A stretch of 62,411 nucleotides of DNA, filler included, from Sluysia triapertura (taxonomy: Eukaryota): assembly GCA_046118255.1 (NCBI GenBank). It is 4 parts of 4 records of this genome, joined end to end, with 100 filler letters (N's around TTAATTAATTAA, not from the genome) between each part and the next. Parts side by side here need not be neighbours in the genome. Positions count along the whole stretch, not along the records: positions 1 to 13,716 come from JBJNIA010023732.1; 3 more parts are not named here. The stretch is one strand, 5' to 3'. Both the position numbers and the translations under genes were made by a program. This document shows, piece by piece, positions 1-13,716 of the stretch. The notes under the pieces are model-generated. The model worked only from the letters and a program-made list of their open reading frames with translations, did no database searches and was not told where the DNA came from. The number at the start of each line of letters is the position of its first letter. Positions within the stretch are counted from its first letter, which is position 1.

Positions 1-78
1 TAAGCGCTTTTGAGTACTTTCGCGGTAGATATGAGCGCCATATAAATTAATATATTATTATTATTATTATTATTATTC
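1..78 (+). mobile_element. 3' tail of a LINE/SINE (L2-like end) followed by (TAT)n
   Basis: AAGCGCTTTTGAG...GAGCGCCATATAAAT is followed directly by a TAT microsatellite. This resembles the L2-clade 3' stem-loop and tail (aagcgctttgag...agcgctatataaat(tat)n). Truncated by the window start. Confidence 0.45.
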
Positions 79-1017
79 AGTTTGATTTAAAAGATCTTTA
101 ATTGAAAATATAAAATGATCTATATAATGATGTATAAAAATAGACAAAATTTCATTTAACTAATATTTAAACAGTACAAGACTAAGCAGTGTTTTAGTAA
201 TTATTTATAAAAATTATTATAATTATAATTTCCATTAAAAATATAATAATAATAATTAATATAATAATAATAATAATGATTATTACCATTATTTTTAAAA
301 TTTAAAATCAATTCATTTCCTTTTGTACATTTTGGTGTTTTCTTTAAATTCAGTAATAAATGAAATTTTTCAAACTTGTTTCAATTACAAATGATGTAAC
401 AGAAAAAAAATTTTAATTAAACTTATTATATTGTTTCAATATATTACATGTTTCAAATTTTTTAATATAAAATAATTGTGAAAACTAAGAAGTGAAAAAG
501 TACTTAAACATAATTATAATAATTAATTTTTCAAAGAAATATTCAAGTTTAAGCAACTTTTAATTAATTTAAATCAATCAGATAAATTTTGGAAAACTTA
601 ATTTTTTTAAAATGTATAAAGAAATAACATTTAGAGTCTTATGTAACAAGGTGGATTGGATTAATCAAAGATGAACTAGAAATTCCGTTTCTAGAACGTC
701 AACACATAGTTGAAAACATTTTCATCAGTTCTTGCAAAATTTTAAAATATTGAATTTTAAAATATTTGACTAATTATTTATTGGTCAAAAATGAGCCTTA
801 TTTTTAGTACGTTAAAATCAATTTTATTTTTCGTTAAAGACTATTTTTCTTTATAAAATTTTATATAAAAATGTATAATTTTACAATAACCTATTATATG
901 AAAAAGTAATGTTTTTGGTCATGCATTCATTACTATTAGTTCTTGTGTCAGTTGAAAAAGTTATAATTAATAATATTTTAAATTCAACACAATAATAATA
1001 AACATCATAATAATAAC

Positions 1018-4000
1018 TTTCTCCATGCATTCTTCAATAGATTGCACTTGAACTAAATTTTGTTTAACATTGTTCCACGCTTCATTATTTGAAAACTGTA
1101 AATAATCAATAATTATTAATTAATTTTATTAAGATTGGTACATACAAATTTTAAGTGCAAAGTAATAACAATAACAATAATAATAATAATTAAAACTTCA
1201 ACAAATTATATTTTAAATAAGATGAAAGTTAATAATATTAAAAATGTCTAAAATTATTGAATTTCATTATGGATTGTTTTAAAGTTACACATGCTATTTT
1301 ATCTTTTTAATATTCTTTAAATTATAAAAGCAATTAAATGAGTCTCAATCTCGATATATCATAACTATATCACAATAAAAATCAAACAATAATCAAGTCA
1401 ACATAATCAATGACAATTAATTATTCACTAAAATAAAATTCAATTACAATACCAAATCTCAGAGGTTACACAATACAATAAATACAATACAATAAATACA
1501 ATACAATAAATACAATACATAAATACAATACAATAAATACAATAAATACAATACAATAAATACAATACATAAATACAATAAATAAATACAATAAATACAA
1601 TACAATAAATACAATACATAAATACAATAAATACAATACATAAATACAATAAATAAAAAATAAAAACTCAAAACTTAACTAACCTCGAATAAGTGGAATT
1701 AAAAATAAAATTTTGTCCACTTTCTAAAGATCTTGTAAGATTCAATCAGTGTTTGCAAAAGTATTATTTGTTATAATAATTTTCTTTTAGTTTTGTGTTA
1801 AATGACAGAAAAATGTGGTTTTTCATATGGTGTTTAGATAATTGCTAGGAAGTCTGGAATTCGACTTAATTATTGTGCATGTCTGCAAGACATGCTTACA
1901 TGTTAGAGTCGGTTTTACTTCTTAGAGACCAATGTTATTAATCAAATTAGAACACAAATTTTTGTCGAATTTCCGTCTTAATATTATCTAGCAGTTATCC
2001 AAAGATTTTTGTGGCAACTAAACTCTTATCTTTTCAAAATAATAAAATTTAAATTTAAGATCAGAGTTATAATAATACTTATCAATACAACAATACATTA
2101 ACTTAAATTGAATATAAATCTAATCAAATATAAAACTTGTTTTCAATAATAACTTTTGATACAATACGCCACACATTAACTGTACGTCACACGTAATGTT
2201 CCTTCTAAGCTGTGTAGCTGCGCGGCGGCACACTAGATTGTACACATTGGCGCAGTTTTATTTATCAAGTTGATATTGATGAAGTATGTAAATTCTGGAA
2301 AAACTGCAATAATATTAGATAAAAAATGCATAAAAATGAAATAAATTTATTTTATTTCATTGTTTTTAGTTGAGTTATGATTTGTTTTTTGTAATTACGA
2401 ATTTAGAATTAAGAATACAAATTACAATGTACAAATATTATAAATTTTAAAAATTGACTCAAACTGCTACAAACGTTCGCTCGTGCGTTTAATATTTGCA
2501 TATAGTTAGTACTTTGTTGAGGGAACATTAGTCATACGTCAATTTCAATAAGATATTTAGAATGATTTCTTAATAATCATTAATTTAATACATGCTTTTG
2601 TTGTGCATGTTACTTAATTTTATAATGTCTTGGTGTTCATAACATTGATACATGTCATGATTGTGTGTTATTATATAGGATACCGGCTACTCTGCAAACA
2701 TCATAAGGAATGTTATTGATTAAAAATGATTTTCAAACAATTCTAATTAAATTAATTAATTGATACACTCATATATGTTTTTGTAAAACTCTATAAAATA
2801 TTGATCCCTTTATCTTCAAGCTGCAAGATCCGTACACTATTAAACATATCCTAACATTAGGTAAATTAATTGAATATTAACTGAATAAAAATGAATATTT
2901 TTATCATATAAAATTAATTCAACTATTAGTTACATAAAATGTAGTAAGTTTTACAAACTTTCCTAACCACAAAATTTGATCAATAAATTTTCATAAATAA
3001 ACATTCATAATAAATAATTTAGGTAAACAAACAAACCATAAATGGTAAAGTTTAATTTAAATCTAGAAAATTGATGAATTATAAAAATTAATGTTTATTT
3101 ATAATAGATAATTGCCCACTAAGTAGCCAAATAATTAAATAAATAACACTACGTTAATAAATATTAATCAAAAAATGCTTAAAGTATGAAAACGTCCAAC
3201 TCAAAATAAAAATTCCAGAAAATCAATAAATCGAGCATCTCTATCATAGTATTAAGAGAACTGGGTTTCTTTTGTGACTTTAATTTTCAGAGAAAAACAA
3301 ACAAATTCTTCTAAAAATAAAAATATCGATGTCATATAATTTCAGACACGCTTTAGATAATCTTTGTTGAAGAATCTCTGTTTACTTGCAATAATAATAT
3401 TTAAATAATACGAAAATTCGACCTGTATTAATTATTTCAACTATTTTACGATAAAATTATGTAAAATCATTTTTATTGCTGAAACTTACCATAAAATCCT
3501 ATCTATAAGCGCGGCTTATCTAAGAAAGAGGTTTTTTTAAAATATTTACGCGGCAATTTAAAAACAACAGAAAAAAAACAACTTTAGTTTGCGAAAAGTC
3601 AAGTTTAATATAGTTTTAAATAAAGATTTAATAGGGTGACCTTTGTAAAGTTAAAAAGAATCAATGAATTGATACGTAAGTGTATTTCTAAATGATACTA
3701 AAACATTCTAATATTTGTTTCCATGCAGACGCCCAAGTTTATCTACAGAGAAAGATCGTTTTATAAGGTAGTTTAAATAGTCTAAAATATTTATGATGTT
3801 TTGATAAATATGGAATTTTAGGAACATTGGGAAAAATTTATAAACTTATCAACAATAAAAATGACATTTTCAAGTAGTACAATAATTTGAAAATAATATT
3901 CGATATTGTTTAGTTGTTATCAGAAATCATCAACAAATGAATCTTCTATTAAATTTGCTAAGATACACTCATCAAATCCTATTGGTTAATTAATTAATTT

Positions 4001-6941
4001 TAAAATTAAATAATAAACAAATAACTTTCAACCATTCATCTACGTGACTACCATTAACAATGTAGATTTTCATTTTTTGTTGCTCCAATATATCGAATAT
4101 TGAATTAGACAGACGAAGAAATCGATTATTTGATACTGTCATAGCTACAGTAAGTGTACCAGAATATACACTCCAAATTATTAAGCCAAATATCCACCAA
4201 TAGAAAGTCAATGTTCTTAAAGCAGCTGTGACTGGTTGATATTCGATTCCTAAAAATAGTATATAAATAGTTTTTAATTTTATAAGTAACAAAATAATTA
4301 TTTATAGTAATAATATTCATTTAACATGCTAAAGGTGAATGAACATTTTGTATATTGAGAACTGTTTTATGACTTTAATATTAACTTGAATTTCTTATTG
4401 ATTGTTGAAATGATTGTCTTGTTAATCCTAGTATCAAAAGAATGGCGTTTAGGGTGCTTACTGAAAGTAATTTTTTTATATTTTAAATGCATTATTTTAT
4501 CAAAACAAAGTTAATGCCATTTATTGTTTTGACGTTTACTTATAACTTATAAAAAACTAAATCGAAAGTTAAATTAACCCAGAAATATTAAATATCATTT
4601 GAAACATAAAAAAGCAGAAAATACAATTACTGAATTTACTGAATTGTATTGCCTTTAAACCTTATCAATACCTCTAATATCCGTAGAAGAAAGGAAATAA
4701 TTGTTTCAGTATCCAAATCACTGAAATTTGAATATTCACTAAACTTATGTATTAATAAATCTTAATAAATCTTAATTATTTCACCATCCTTTTCCATTCC
4801 ACTTTTTATCTCAGTTTTTATTTGATAATACTAATAGCTGGACTTCGTGCTATTTGAGAAGCAACTTTACTTTCCGGAGAAATGGTAGGATCAATTTAAT
4901 TATGAAATGATTTATCATTAACTTTAAAAAAATAGAATTATCGGAATTTTTGTACTTGAATAATATTTTAAATATTTGTATATCTGTACGAATTTTCAGA
5001 GGTAATGAAATGCAATTAAAATCTGATGATAATTTTTAAAATCTGATGAAAGTTTTTAAAATTTAAGTTGACTAATTTTACATTATTTAAAATTCTACTT
5101 ATTTTATTCGAAGTGGCAGCCGTAAAAAATCAGAATTTTATGAATCGTGAATTCTAGAATTGCAAGTATAAATTATTAAAAAATCGAATCTTTTTAAATG
5201 ACAGGCTTTATATTTTAACTGAATTTTATAATTAAAAAATAAATAAATTACTTATATAAATAAGTAATAAAATTAACAATAAAATTTGACACTAATTTAA
5301 TAACTATAATTCAGTAATAATAATAAAAATTTTAATAATTATTTTATTTTTATATTTAGAGTTTTTATTATTAACAAAATTACTGAAGTGTATAATTGAA
5401 TGTGGATTAATAATTTTGTTTAAGTGTATTGGAGTTTTGGATAACTACAATGACCTTAAAATAAAAAATACTATATTAATGGAATTAATAATGATCTATA
5501 TATTGATTGAAATTATTTAAGTCCAACTGTTTTTGTTATTTTCATAATTTATTTAAAAACTATGAATCACAGAGACACTTTTATGATGTATTTTAAACGT
5601 TTATTTTCTTAGATGGGATTATTATAAGTACATTTGAAGGATATTTAGGTGTCAATTTGTTGTAACATGAAGTTTATCTCGAATAATTGAAGAATTAGAA
5701 AAGCGTCACAAAGTATTCGATAAATATTCGAAAAACTTTAATCAAACAATGCTTCATTACATTCCATAAAAATTTTAGGTTCTTTTTTGAGTTTAGATGT
5801 GTACACAATTCGGAAACGATAAATCGAATATTGGAAATATTCAAGAAAATTAACGAAATTTGTTTGTGGAACAAATTGATGTGGAATTACTTTCTCCGTG
5901 TGAGCGAATTTTCTTTTTTGCTCTTAAAAGTTCACTTTTTATAAGTGAAATTTTTTGGCAGCAACAGCCAGCGTGTAAAAATGTAGACGAATTGATCCAT
6001 GCTGTTGGAAAGGCATTTTTTGAATTGCATTCGGATACTTTTAATAAGTTTATTCTTTCTTCCCTGCAGTGTCTGGCAGAAAACGCGAAAGTAAAAGAAG
6101 GTGACAACTATAAAGTGCATCATACCATTTACAAAGATTTGGTAAGCTTCCGATTTTCAACGTGTACAAGACATCAAATGACTCATATGACTCCTAAACG
6201 TTACTCAGAAACGATATTTGTAATTATTATTTTATTTATCTAACAATTATCTGATAAATATATTTTCATTGAAATTAACAAAATATTTATCTATATTAAA
6301 CGATGATTTTACAACTATAAAACTTATGTAGGAAATACTCAAAAATTAAAATAGAAAGGACTTCTTTACCAAATCCTAAAATCGAACAAAATAGTACTTT
6401 AATTTAAAAGTGGTTTGTTGCCTAAGTAAATTAAAACTTTTTGCAAACAATACCAAATAAATTTATAACTTAATTTTATAAAATATTTAAAAATAAAATA
6501 TTCCAAACGTAATTTAATAAATCAATTAATTAACAAATAAAATAAAAATAATTTATTTCAATCATGGATCTTCAAAATAATTTCTGAAACTTTTTTACTT
6601 TATACATTTTTTGTACTTTCTCATCATCCAATCATTCTTGACTTTACAGTCAAACATCTTTTAAAAAGTCATTCGAACATCTTTTGAGGATCAGGTTAAC
6701 AATAGCATCATTGACGATTAGTATTGTATTATTACAAACATTTTTTCAGCTTATAATTACTTAGAATTAGTTAACAAGTTATCTATTAATAAACATTTTC
6801 TTATCACCATTTATCTCATTTGGATAAATCATTTGCCTATGATTTTTGAAAAATTTCAGTTTTACTGATAATTAAATTTAAATATTTATTTCTTTTAATT
6901 ACTTTTCTGACAAAAATATGATTTTTAATATAATTTAATAA

Positions 6942-6996
<55 letters not shown>

Positions 6997-9900
6997 TCCT
7001 TTAAATTTATAATAAAATATTATTTCTTTCATTCACTATTGAGTTGTCAAAACTTATTTTAGTTATTTTTCTAAAATATTAATTAGAAAAGTAATTTATA
7101 GCGTAAACTTTTTTATCGTAATTATATTTTATTATAATCATAATTATAATTTTCAAATTTATATAAAAACATTAAAAATCTATAAATTTTATTTTAACTT
7201 CGTTTATTTTACAATATTTACTTAAAAAATTCATTAAATACTTTCTAACACATTTTATAATAAAAGAAATAGTAAAATATAAAATAATAATAAAATCTTA
7301 AAACCTTGTTGCATAAATAAACCGGTAAATACCCAGATAAAATCTATATAAGCGGTTTTATAATTAATTGATTCACAATTTGAATCATATAAAGTGTAAA
7401 TAAGTGCAATAAAGGCGTAAAATAACACACACAAAGATATAATTAGCATAAATAAGTATCCAAAATATTCTAGAGGTAGCCACATCGATATTTCTGGATC
7501 AGTATAATTGACTCCCAAAAGAAAACAATGTTCTTCGTTTAGAAGAGTAAATGCTTCAAGATTATTATTTTTCTGTATAATATCATGAGGATTTACAAAA
7601 TCGACAGCAATATATGATTTGTCCTAAAATAATAATAATAAATATAATTATTATGAAAGTAGTAATAATAATTACATAGTTAACTTTTTCCAAACAATAA
7701 TTGTAATACTGATTATTTGCTATTTCTATTTTCCATCTGAAATAGAAAATTATATTACAAAATGTAATGGTTATTTAACAAAGATTTTAAGTTATTTATT
7801 TATTATTTATTAAAATTTAAAGTAATTAAAATTAAAACGTAGTACGAGCAATATCAGATTGATTAATTCCACATGTAAATCACATATTAGACAAGCAGTA
7901 AAATTTTAATTACTTAATAATTTTGTGTTTTATTTTTAAGATTATAGTAATTAATTTCACAAATGTATACTAAAATCACTTTAAGCATACCCAAAAAATA
8001 GTTAATTCTTTAAATATAAAATGTGTCATTTTGATAAAATTAAATAAAAATTATGTAAAAAATAAATAAAGATAAATAAATAAAGCTTACTTTTTATTAA
8101 ATATTTATGTTTAAAATAATTTTATTACAATTTTTTCTTATTTTATAATATTGACTCATTATTTATATTATTTTCTTTTTTTAAGATATTATAAAACATT
8201 AAATTGTAAAAATATAAACTAAAAGAAAATAAAAATATTAAGATAGTAAAAAATTATTTTAGTTTTTTAAGATTATGTTTAATGAAACCATTTAAAACTC
8301 AAATAATCTTCTCAAAACAAAATAATGAAAAAAAACAATGTTAAATGATGTTCAAAAAAGTTATTTACAACTAAAAGAAATAAATCAAATAAAATTTTCA
8401 AGTAACTTTAACTTGAATGCTTTGAACCGTAAAATATTTTTAGAATATGACTAGTATAACCATTTAGAAACTTAATATACCTGGGTCTTTCAAATATAGC
8501 CATAAATTTCTTTGCTCTGGTTCAGAAAAATAAACTTTCGTCTGAAATCGCTGAACACTAACAAAATAATATTTCATAAATATCACCGTTAGACGAAAAC
8601 AAATTTGAAGCAAAAAAATAATGTTTTAATAAATCTTAAAATGTTTTCGATATTGTTTGTTTTCCAGGTCTTTTGTGATAATAGTTAGGAATGATTCAAT
8701 ACACGATTTTTTATAATAAACATCAATAGATCCATCAGCGTTGTTTTTTTGTCTAGAACATATTATTTTTGAGTCAGAAAATGTTTGGTTTTAATAGTCT
8801 ATCATCTCAAGTTTGATTAAGAAAAATCTAAAAACCTTCAGAAATTGATTGATTCATTCTTAACTGAATCATTGTTGTAAAGGTATCACTTACTCAAAGA
8901 ATGCTTTAAATCATTTGTGCTCTCAAAAACTTTAAAATATATTTATAAAACTTTAGGATTCCAATATACTGTTAAGCATTTTGAGTAGGTCTATATTAAT
9001 GTCATTTGCTTAGAAAAAGAACTCTTTCAGAAAAACAAGTCAGGAAATGATGAATGCCTATCGAAATTTGAGTATGAAAATATCTTTGTATATACCTTTG
9101 TTCTCAAATACCTTTTAAATTTTTGCCTGAGAATATTGGAATTATGGGATTACGTTTCTATAAGTAATGCAGCCCTTAGAACAACGATATTAAGAAAGAA
9201 ATTATGATCATATTGATTGAAAAGTAGATATAATCAAAATTAAAAAATTGATTACAAACTGCATAACAAAAACAGTAAAAAGTTGCATATGAAAAAATAT
9301 TATTATGATTATTATTCGATAATATGATACATTTTTTAGTTGGATACTTTTATGACACTTTTGTAATTACATATTTTGCTTATGGTGTGTTAAAATAAAA
9401 TTTTCATACAAAATGTTCATTTTATACATTTGAAATAGAGTTACAAATTTTAATATTAAAGCTAAGATATAAATAATAACGCAAATGTAAATGTAAAGTA
9501 AAAGTAAAATTAGAGCAAAATAATAAAATAATAAAGACATGTTACATTATAATTATAATTACAATAATAAATATAATAATTAATATTATAATTATTATTA
9601 TTTCAAATTAAAATATATTTTCTTTCTTTAATAAAAATTAACGATTTTAAAATTTCTGTAATTATTTTATCACTTAAAAATGATATTAGATAATTACTAA
9701 CTGATTTCTAAATTTGTTTGATAAATGACTTAAAATAAGCATCGTGAATTCCGATTTAGATCCATTATAATATAAAGTAGGTGCCTGTCACAATAAAATA
9801 ATAATATTAGTGATAATAAATAATAATAATTATAGTAATATTAATCATAATAATAGTAAAAATAATTATAATTATTTTATTTGCAATATTAATAATAATG

Positions 9901-10074
9901 ATAATGATAATAACAAAAGTAATAATAATATTAATATATAATTAATAATAACAGTATAAATAAGAGTGATCAAATAATAATAGTAAAAATACTAGTAAAA
10001 ATAATAATATTAATAATCGTAATATTAATAGTAATAAAAGTGATAATAATAATAACAACAATAGGAATAATAGC

Positions 10075-10129
<55 letters not shown>

Positions 10130-10959
10130 TTAATTTACCCTAATTAAGCATACTTTTATTGTGAAATGAGACAAGTCAAGAAAAGGTTGAATTTCACTTG
10201 ATCTACGAATTGTCGTTAAAAAATTTAAACGTAAAAAATGTTCTTTATCTGTATCTATAGCAGTTTTGATGTCCTAGACGTTGATAAAAAAAGATAATTA
10301 ATTAATTATTAGTATTAATAATATTTTATTATAAATTAACGTTATAATTTTCTGTCGTACATCAATTTAATTAATTAATTAATTAATTATTTTTATTATT
10401 ATTAACAATATTTTATATAAATTAACGTTATAATTTTCTGTCGTACATTAATTAATTAAATTTAATTTTAAAAATTATATATTAGAAACCATTTGCTTCT
10501 ACCTATTGTTTAATTTATTTCGAAAAAATGTCATCCTTTATAAAAACAAACCAATAAAATCAATAATACGAAGAGGTTTTAATTTCGGATAAATTTAATT
10601 TAACGAGTGGTCACCCTTGAAGTGTTAGCGGAGTTATTAGGTAAATATTTCTCGAAAAACAAAAATCCGGTCGAATTCAGTATTCATAATATTTTCTACA
10701 AAAATATTATTCTTCATTTTATTTGAATCGGTAAGTAGTAAAAATTCTTCACTTTACATTCAATATCTATATTCGAATTTGCAGATAAATTGTTAATGAA
10801 AATTATCTAAAGTAAATGAAAACAAATAAATAAAAGTTATGTAAACAATTTTAAATATTTACTTTTATGTTTTTCGAAAAAATAAAATAACAAACCAACC
10901 GCTGTTTCATTCCAAGCTGTTATCGTTCCATATAATTTATTAAATATGTCTTCCGAATT
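1018..10959 (-). CDS. Divergent ionotropic receptor (iGluR/IR family), partial multi-exon gene
   Basis: Phase-compatible GT-AG exons: 10959-10900 (NSEDIFNKLYGTITAWNETA), 10273-10154 (DIKTAID...SHFTIK), 9784-9702 (APTLYYNGSKSEFTMLILSHLSNKFRN), 7736-7676 (WKIEIANNQYYNYCLEKVNY), 7623-7305 (DKSYIAVDF...M1 helix...IWVFTGLFMQQG), 4249-4026 (IEYQPVTAALRTLTFYWWIFGLIIWSVYSGTLTVAMT...NGSHVDEWLK) and 1095-1018 (FSNNEAWNNVKQNLVQVQSIEECMEK). The order is S1-M1-M2(QQG)-M3-S2, as in iGluRs. The M3 sequence YSGTLTVAMT is an IR-type variant of SYTANLAAF. The start codon and M4 were not located, and the first two exons are less certain. Confidence 0.8.
1468..1653. repeat. Compound (AATAC/AATAAATAC)n simple tandem repeat
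   Basis: Directly visible array of caata/caataaata/cataaata units. It produces the spurious ORFs at 1440-1671. Confidence 0.95.
2194..2530. mobile_element. Non-autonomous hAT element (MITE), 337 bp, in an IR intron
   Basis: TIRs TAATGTTCCTTC (from 2194) and GAGGGAACATTA (ending 2530) match at 11/12. The flanking 8-bp TSDs GTCACACG (2186-2193) and GTCATACG (2531-2538) match at 7/8. Confidence 0.85.
5950..6140 (+). mobile_element. C-terminal fragment of a DD39D-type mariner-like transposase
   Basis: Part of ORF 5860-6243 reads KNVDELIHAVGKAFFELHSDTFNKFILSSLQCLAENAKVKEGDNYKVHH. This resembles the DD39D C-terminus (..IDELIxAVxxAF....L.....LQ..M.E.....GGNxYKxPH). The catalytic QPPNSPDxN motif is not recognisable. 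Confidence 0.6.
6945..6993. repeat. (AAT)n microsatellite
   Basis: Perfect trinucleotide run. Confidence 0.95.
8460..9200 (+). mobile_element. Heavily degenerate LTR-retrotransposon RT/RNase H remnant
   Basis: Broken-frame peptides IYLG, ISPLDENKFEAK, LGMIQY and AALR occur in the order expected for Ty3/gypsy RT thumb and RNase H (xFLG, ISPxxxKxxAI, FLGMxNYY, AAxRxQRW). Many stops and frameshifts. Confidence 0.35.
10078..10127. repeat. (AAT)n microsatellite within a degenerate AAT-rich tract (~9800-10130)
   Basis: Perfect run at the end of a long imperfect AAT/AGT tract. Confidence 0.9.
10298..10455. repeat. Tandem duplication of a ~60-nt unit
   Basis: AATATTTTA(T)TATAAATTAACGTTATAATTTTCTGTCGTACAT occurs twice, separated by (TTAA)n. 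Confidence 0.85.
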
Positions 10960-11876
10960 CTAAATATAAATAAATTTCGTTACATTTATATGCATTTAGA
11001 AAAGAAATATTCGAAAATTTATTAATAAAGAAATGGCTAAACTAATTAAATAATCAGCAATTTTTTAACACTATTTGTGTATACCAGGTACGTATATTTA
11101 GATCTAGTATGAGCCGAAGGAAAATTATACCTCTAAATAAATTTAACAATTATTATTACGAAAAGTCAAAACATGAATTGAGAAAAAATGATTAAACTTA
11201 GAAAATAATTTTAAATTAAAATGTTAAAAGATGTGTTTTGATATCTTTGGTAGAAATAGTGTTAAAGAATTACATTGGTTACCAAGAAAAATAAGACTAC
11301 AATTCAAAATTATGATAATAATTTATAAGCGGTTACATTATGGAATATTTCTTGGAAATAATAAAAAATTCAGAAACTAAAATGAATATTTCATTAAGAT
11401 ATAATAATTTACACACCACAGTGTTAATAAGCTAGGTTATATTTCATATATGTTTCAAACATATACAACCAGCTGCTAGACAATGTTAAATTACTGAAAG
11501 ATTATGGAATATTTAAGAAAAAGACAATATTTTTTACTATTTCAGTAATGTGATAATGAATGATTTATTTTAAGAGCTTTTTATGGTAATTTTTTTAATC
11601 AAATTTATTTATTTTTAACAAAAAACATGATTAATTTCATTAATTTTATGTAAAAATTGATTATTAAAACATGTTAGAATTCATTGAATAAATAGTAATT
11701 TCACATTTTACTATTAAATATAATAAAAATTAATTTGTATCAATAGAATATTATTTTTTATATCGCTATTATGAAATAATAGCTAGACCAAAATGTTTAA
11801 AGTATAGTAATCAAATAATATTCCAAATATTTTGTTTTTAAACTGAAATATTTTAATTTATGCATACATGAAATAT

Positions 11877-11877
<1 letters not shown>

Positions 11878-11938
<61 letters not shown>
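11878..11938. repeat. (TAT)n microsatellite
   Basis: Perfect trinucleotide run. Confidence 0.95.
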
Positions 11939-13019
11939 TATAAATTTCATACTTCGAAAAAATAATTCTGACACAATTCACTTTTGTTTTCAGCTTTCAT
12001 AATTTTATTTCGTCAATTAAAATTAGTTTTAAACAATGATTATAATTATAAATTGTTGAACTGCTTTTTTATTACAACTTTCAAAGTTTTTGACCCACTA
12101 ATTATTACCCTATAACGTCAGTTTAATAGGTGTGCCATTGTATGAAATAATTAAGTTTAGAAAATCATCTACAAGTATATTCCTGACCAAACACAAAATC
12201 ATTCAAAACCATTAAATATAAAAATATTCAGTACAAAGAACTGACAATATATGCAACTGAAACTATAGTTTTATGATAATTAAGAAAATTATTATTCAAT
12301 CGAAATTAGATTATAAAGAAGTTTCTGAATTTAAATTCTCTTGCACTTTTAAATCAATGAATGTAATTATCAATATAGCATACCATAAAATATAGTAATG
12401 AGAGTAAGTCATAACTTAATCAAGTTGAGGTATATGGAACAGTTTTTACTTATCCTTTTTTATAAAATTCAGACTCCATAATAATTCATTAACTTTGAAC
12501 TAAATTTATCTAAACAATATTATTTAACTGTTATACATTAAATAAGCCTGGTGTCGCATTTTAATTCTTATACTGTCAATCATTTCATTGGGACTTTCAA
12601 ATTATTAATTACATAAATCGGTATCAATTTAATTAGCTACAAAAAGAATTAATTATTTACGTACCCTCTATAACAAGTATAAATTATCAATAATTTTCTT
12701 ACATATTAATAATAATTATTCTCCCCAAACTAATTTTTTTGAAAATAAAATCAAATCAATAACAACAAAATAATTTACTGATTACCAAAAATCAATTACA
12801 AATACGTATTATTATAAATCTCTATCAAGCAGTACTAAAAATAATTAAATCAATTACAAACTAATATTATTATAAATGCCTATTAGGCACTAATAAAAAT
12901 GATTAATAATTAAAAATCTAAACTATTATAGTAAAATATTCCTTATTAATATTTAAAAATTTATTTTAAGTAGATCAATAAAATTAATTAAAATTAACAT
13001 TTATTTAAAAACAAAATAA

Positions 13020-13206
13020 AATAAAATGTTACTAAAACGTGGATTTTCTTTTCAGGATCAGTTGTCTCTTTTTTACCAGTGTTTATAAAAATGCCTAAGT
13101 GTTCTAATTTATACTTTTTGTCACCCAATCATACATATTCGCAATCAGGAATAACTCTTACACAAATCATCATAACATCTTTTAAAGATTAAACCGACTA
13201 AAACGA
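13020..13206. repeat. Dispersed repeat, copy 1 (copy 2 at ~39883-40075)
   Basis: Shared blocks AAAATGTTAC..CGTGGATTTTCTTTT and CAATCAGGAAT.ACT.TTACACAAATCATCA.AAC.TCTTTTAAAGAT.AAACCGACTAAAACGA. The minus strand reads MICV(R/I)VIPDCE in both copies. Confidence 0.8.
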
Positions 13207-13716
13207 CTTTGACACTTGCATGGTAAGACCTGTCAAGCAAAACATAACAATTCGATTAACAATCAACTCTCATTTTTTTCTTCTACTTTATTCGGTCTAC
13301 TTTCTCATGAATCACTTCTTACATTAAAATAACAATTATTATTATTGACATACGTAACAATAATGAATTTAACTTTAGTTTTTACATTTTAATTAATTTT
13401 CAATTCCTTACACTCAATTACTTAATGGAAAATGTTTAAGGTTCTCATTCCCAAACGAACAATTTCACAAACATGTCAACCTAATTTTCGAATTCCCCTG
13501 TTTCATAGCAATCAATCTATATCTAACTCATCACCTCTTCATCATTCTAAATATGATAATTTCATCATTTTAAATTAAAAGTTAATTAAAATTCGACTTT
13601 GCTCAATGTAGAGGCTTTCCTCGCATGAACTCGGTCAAGCCTTATCTTCATCGAAAGGTCTCTTTAAAACACATACATGTACAATTAAAGTTTTAACATA
13701 GCATTCCTCATTCAAA

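Noticed and set aside
1440-1671. Cys/Tyr/Ile-rich ORFs on the minus strand
   Set aside because: Translation of the (AATAC)n simple repeat.
3490-3980. Possible further IR exons just after exon 4249-4026
   Set aside because: The candidate acceptors I tested lead quickly to stops. Exon 1095-1018 gives the correct phase and S2-like sequence.
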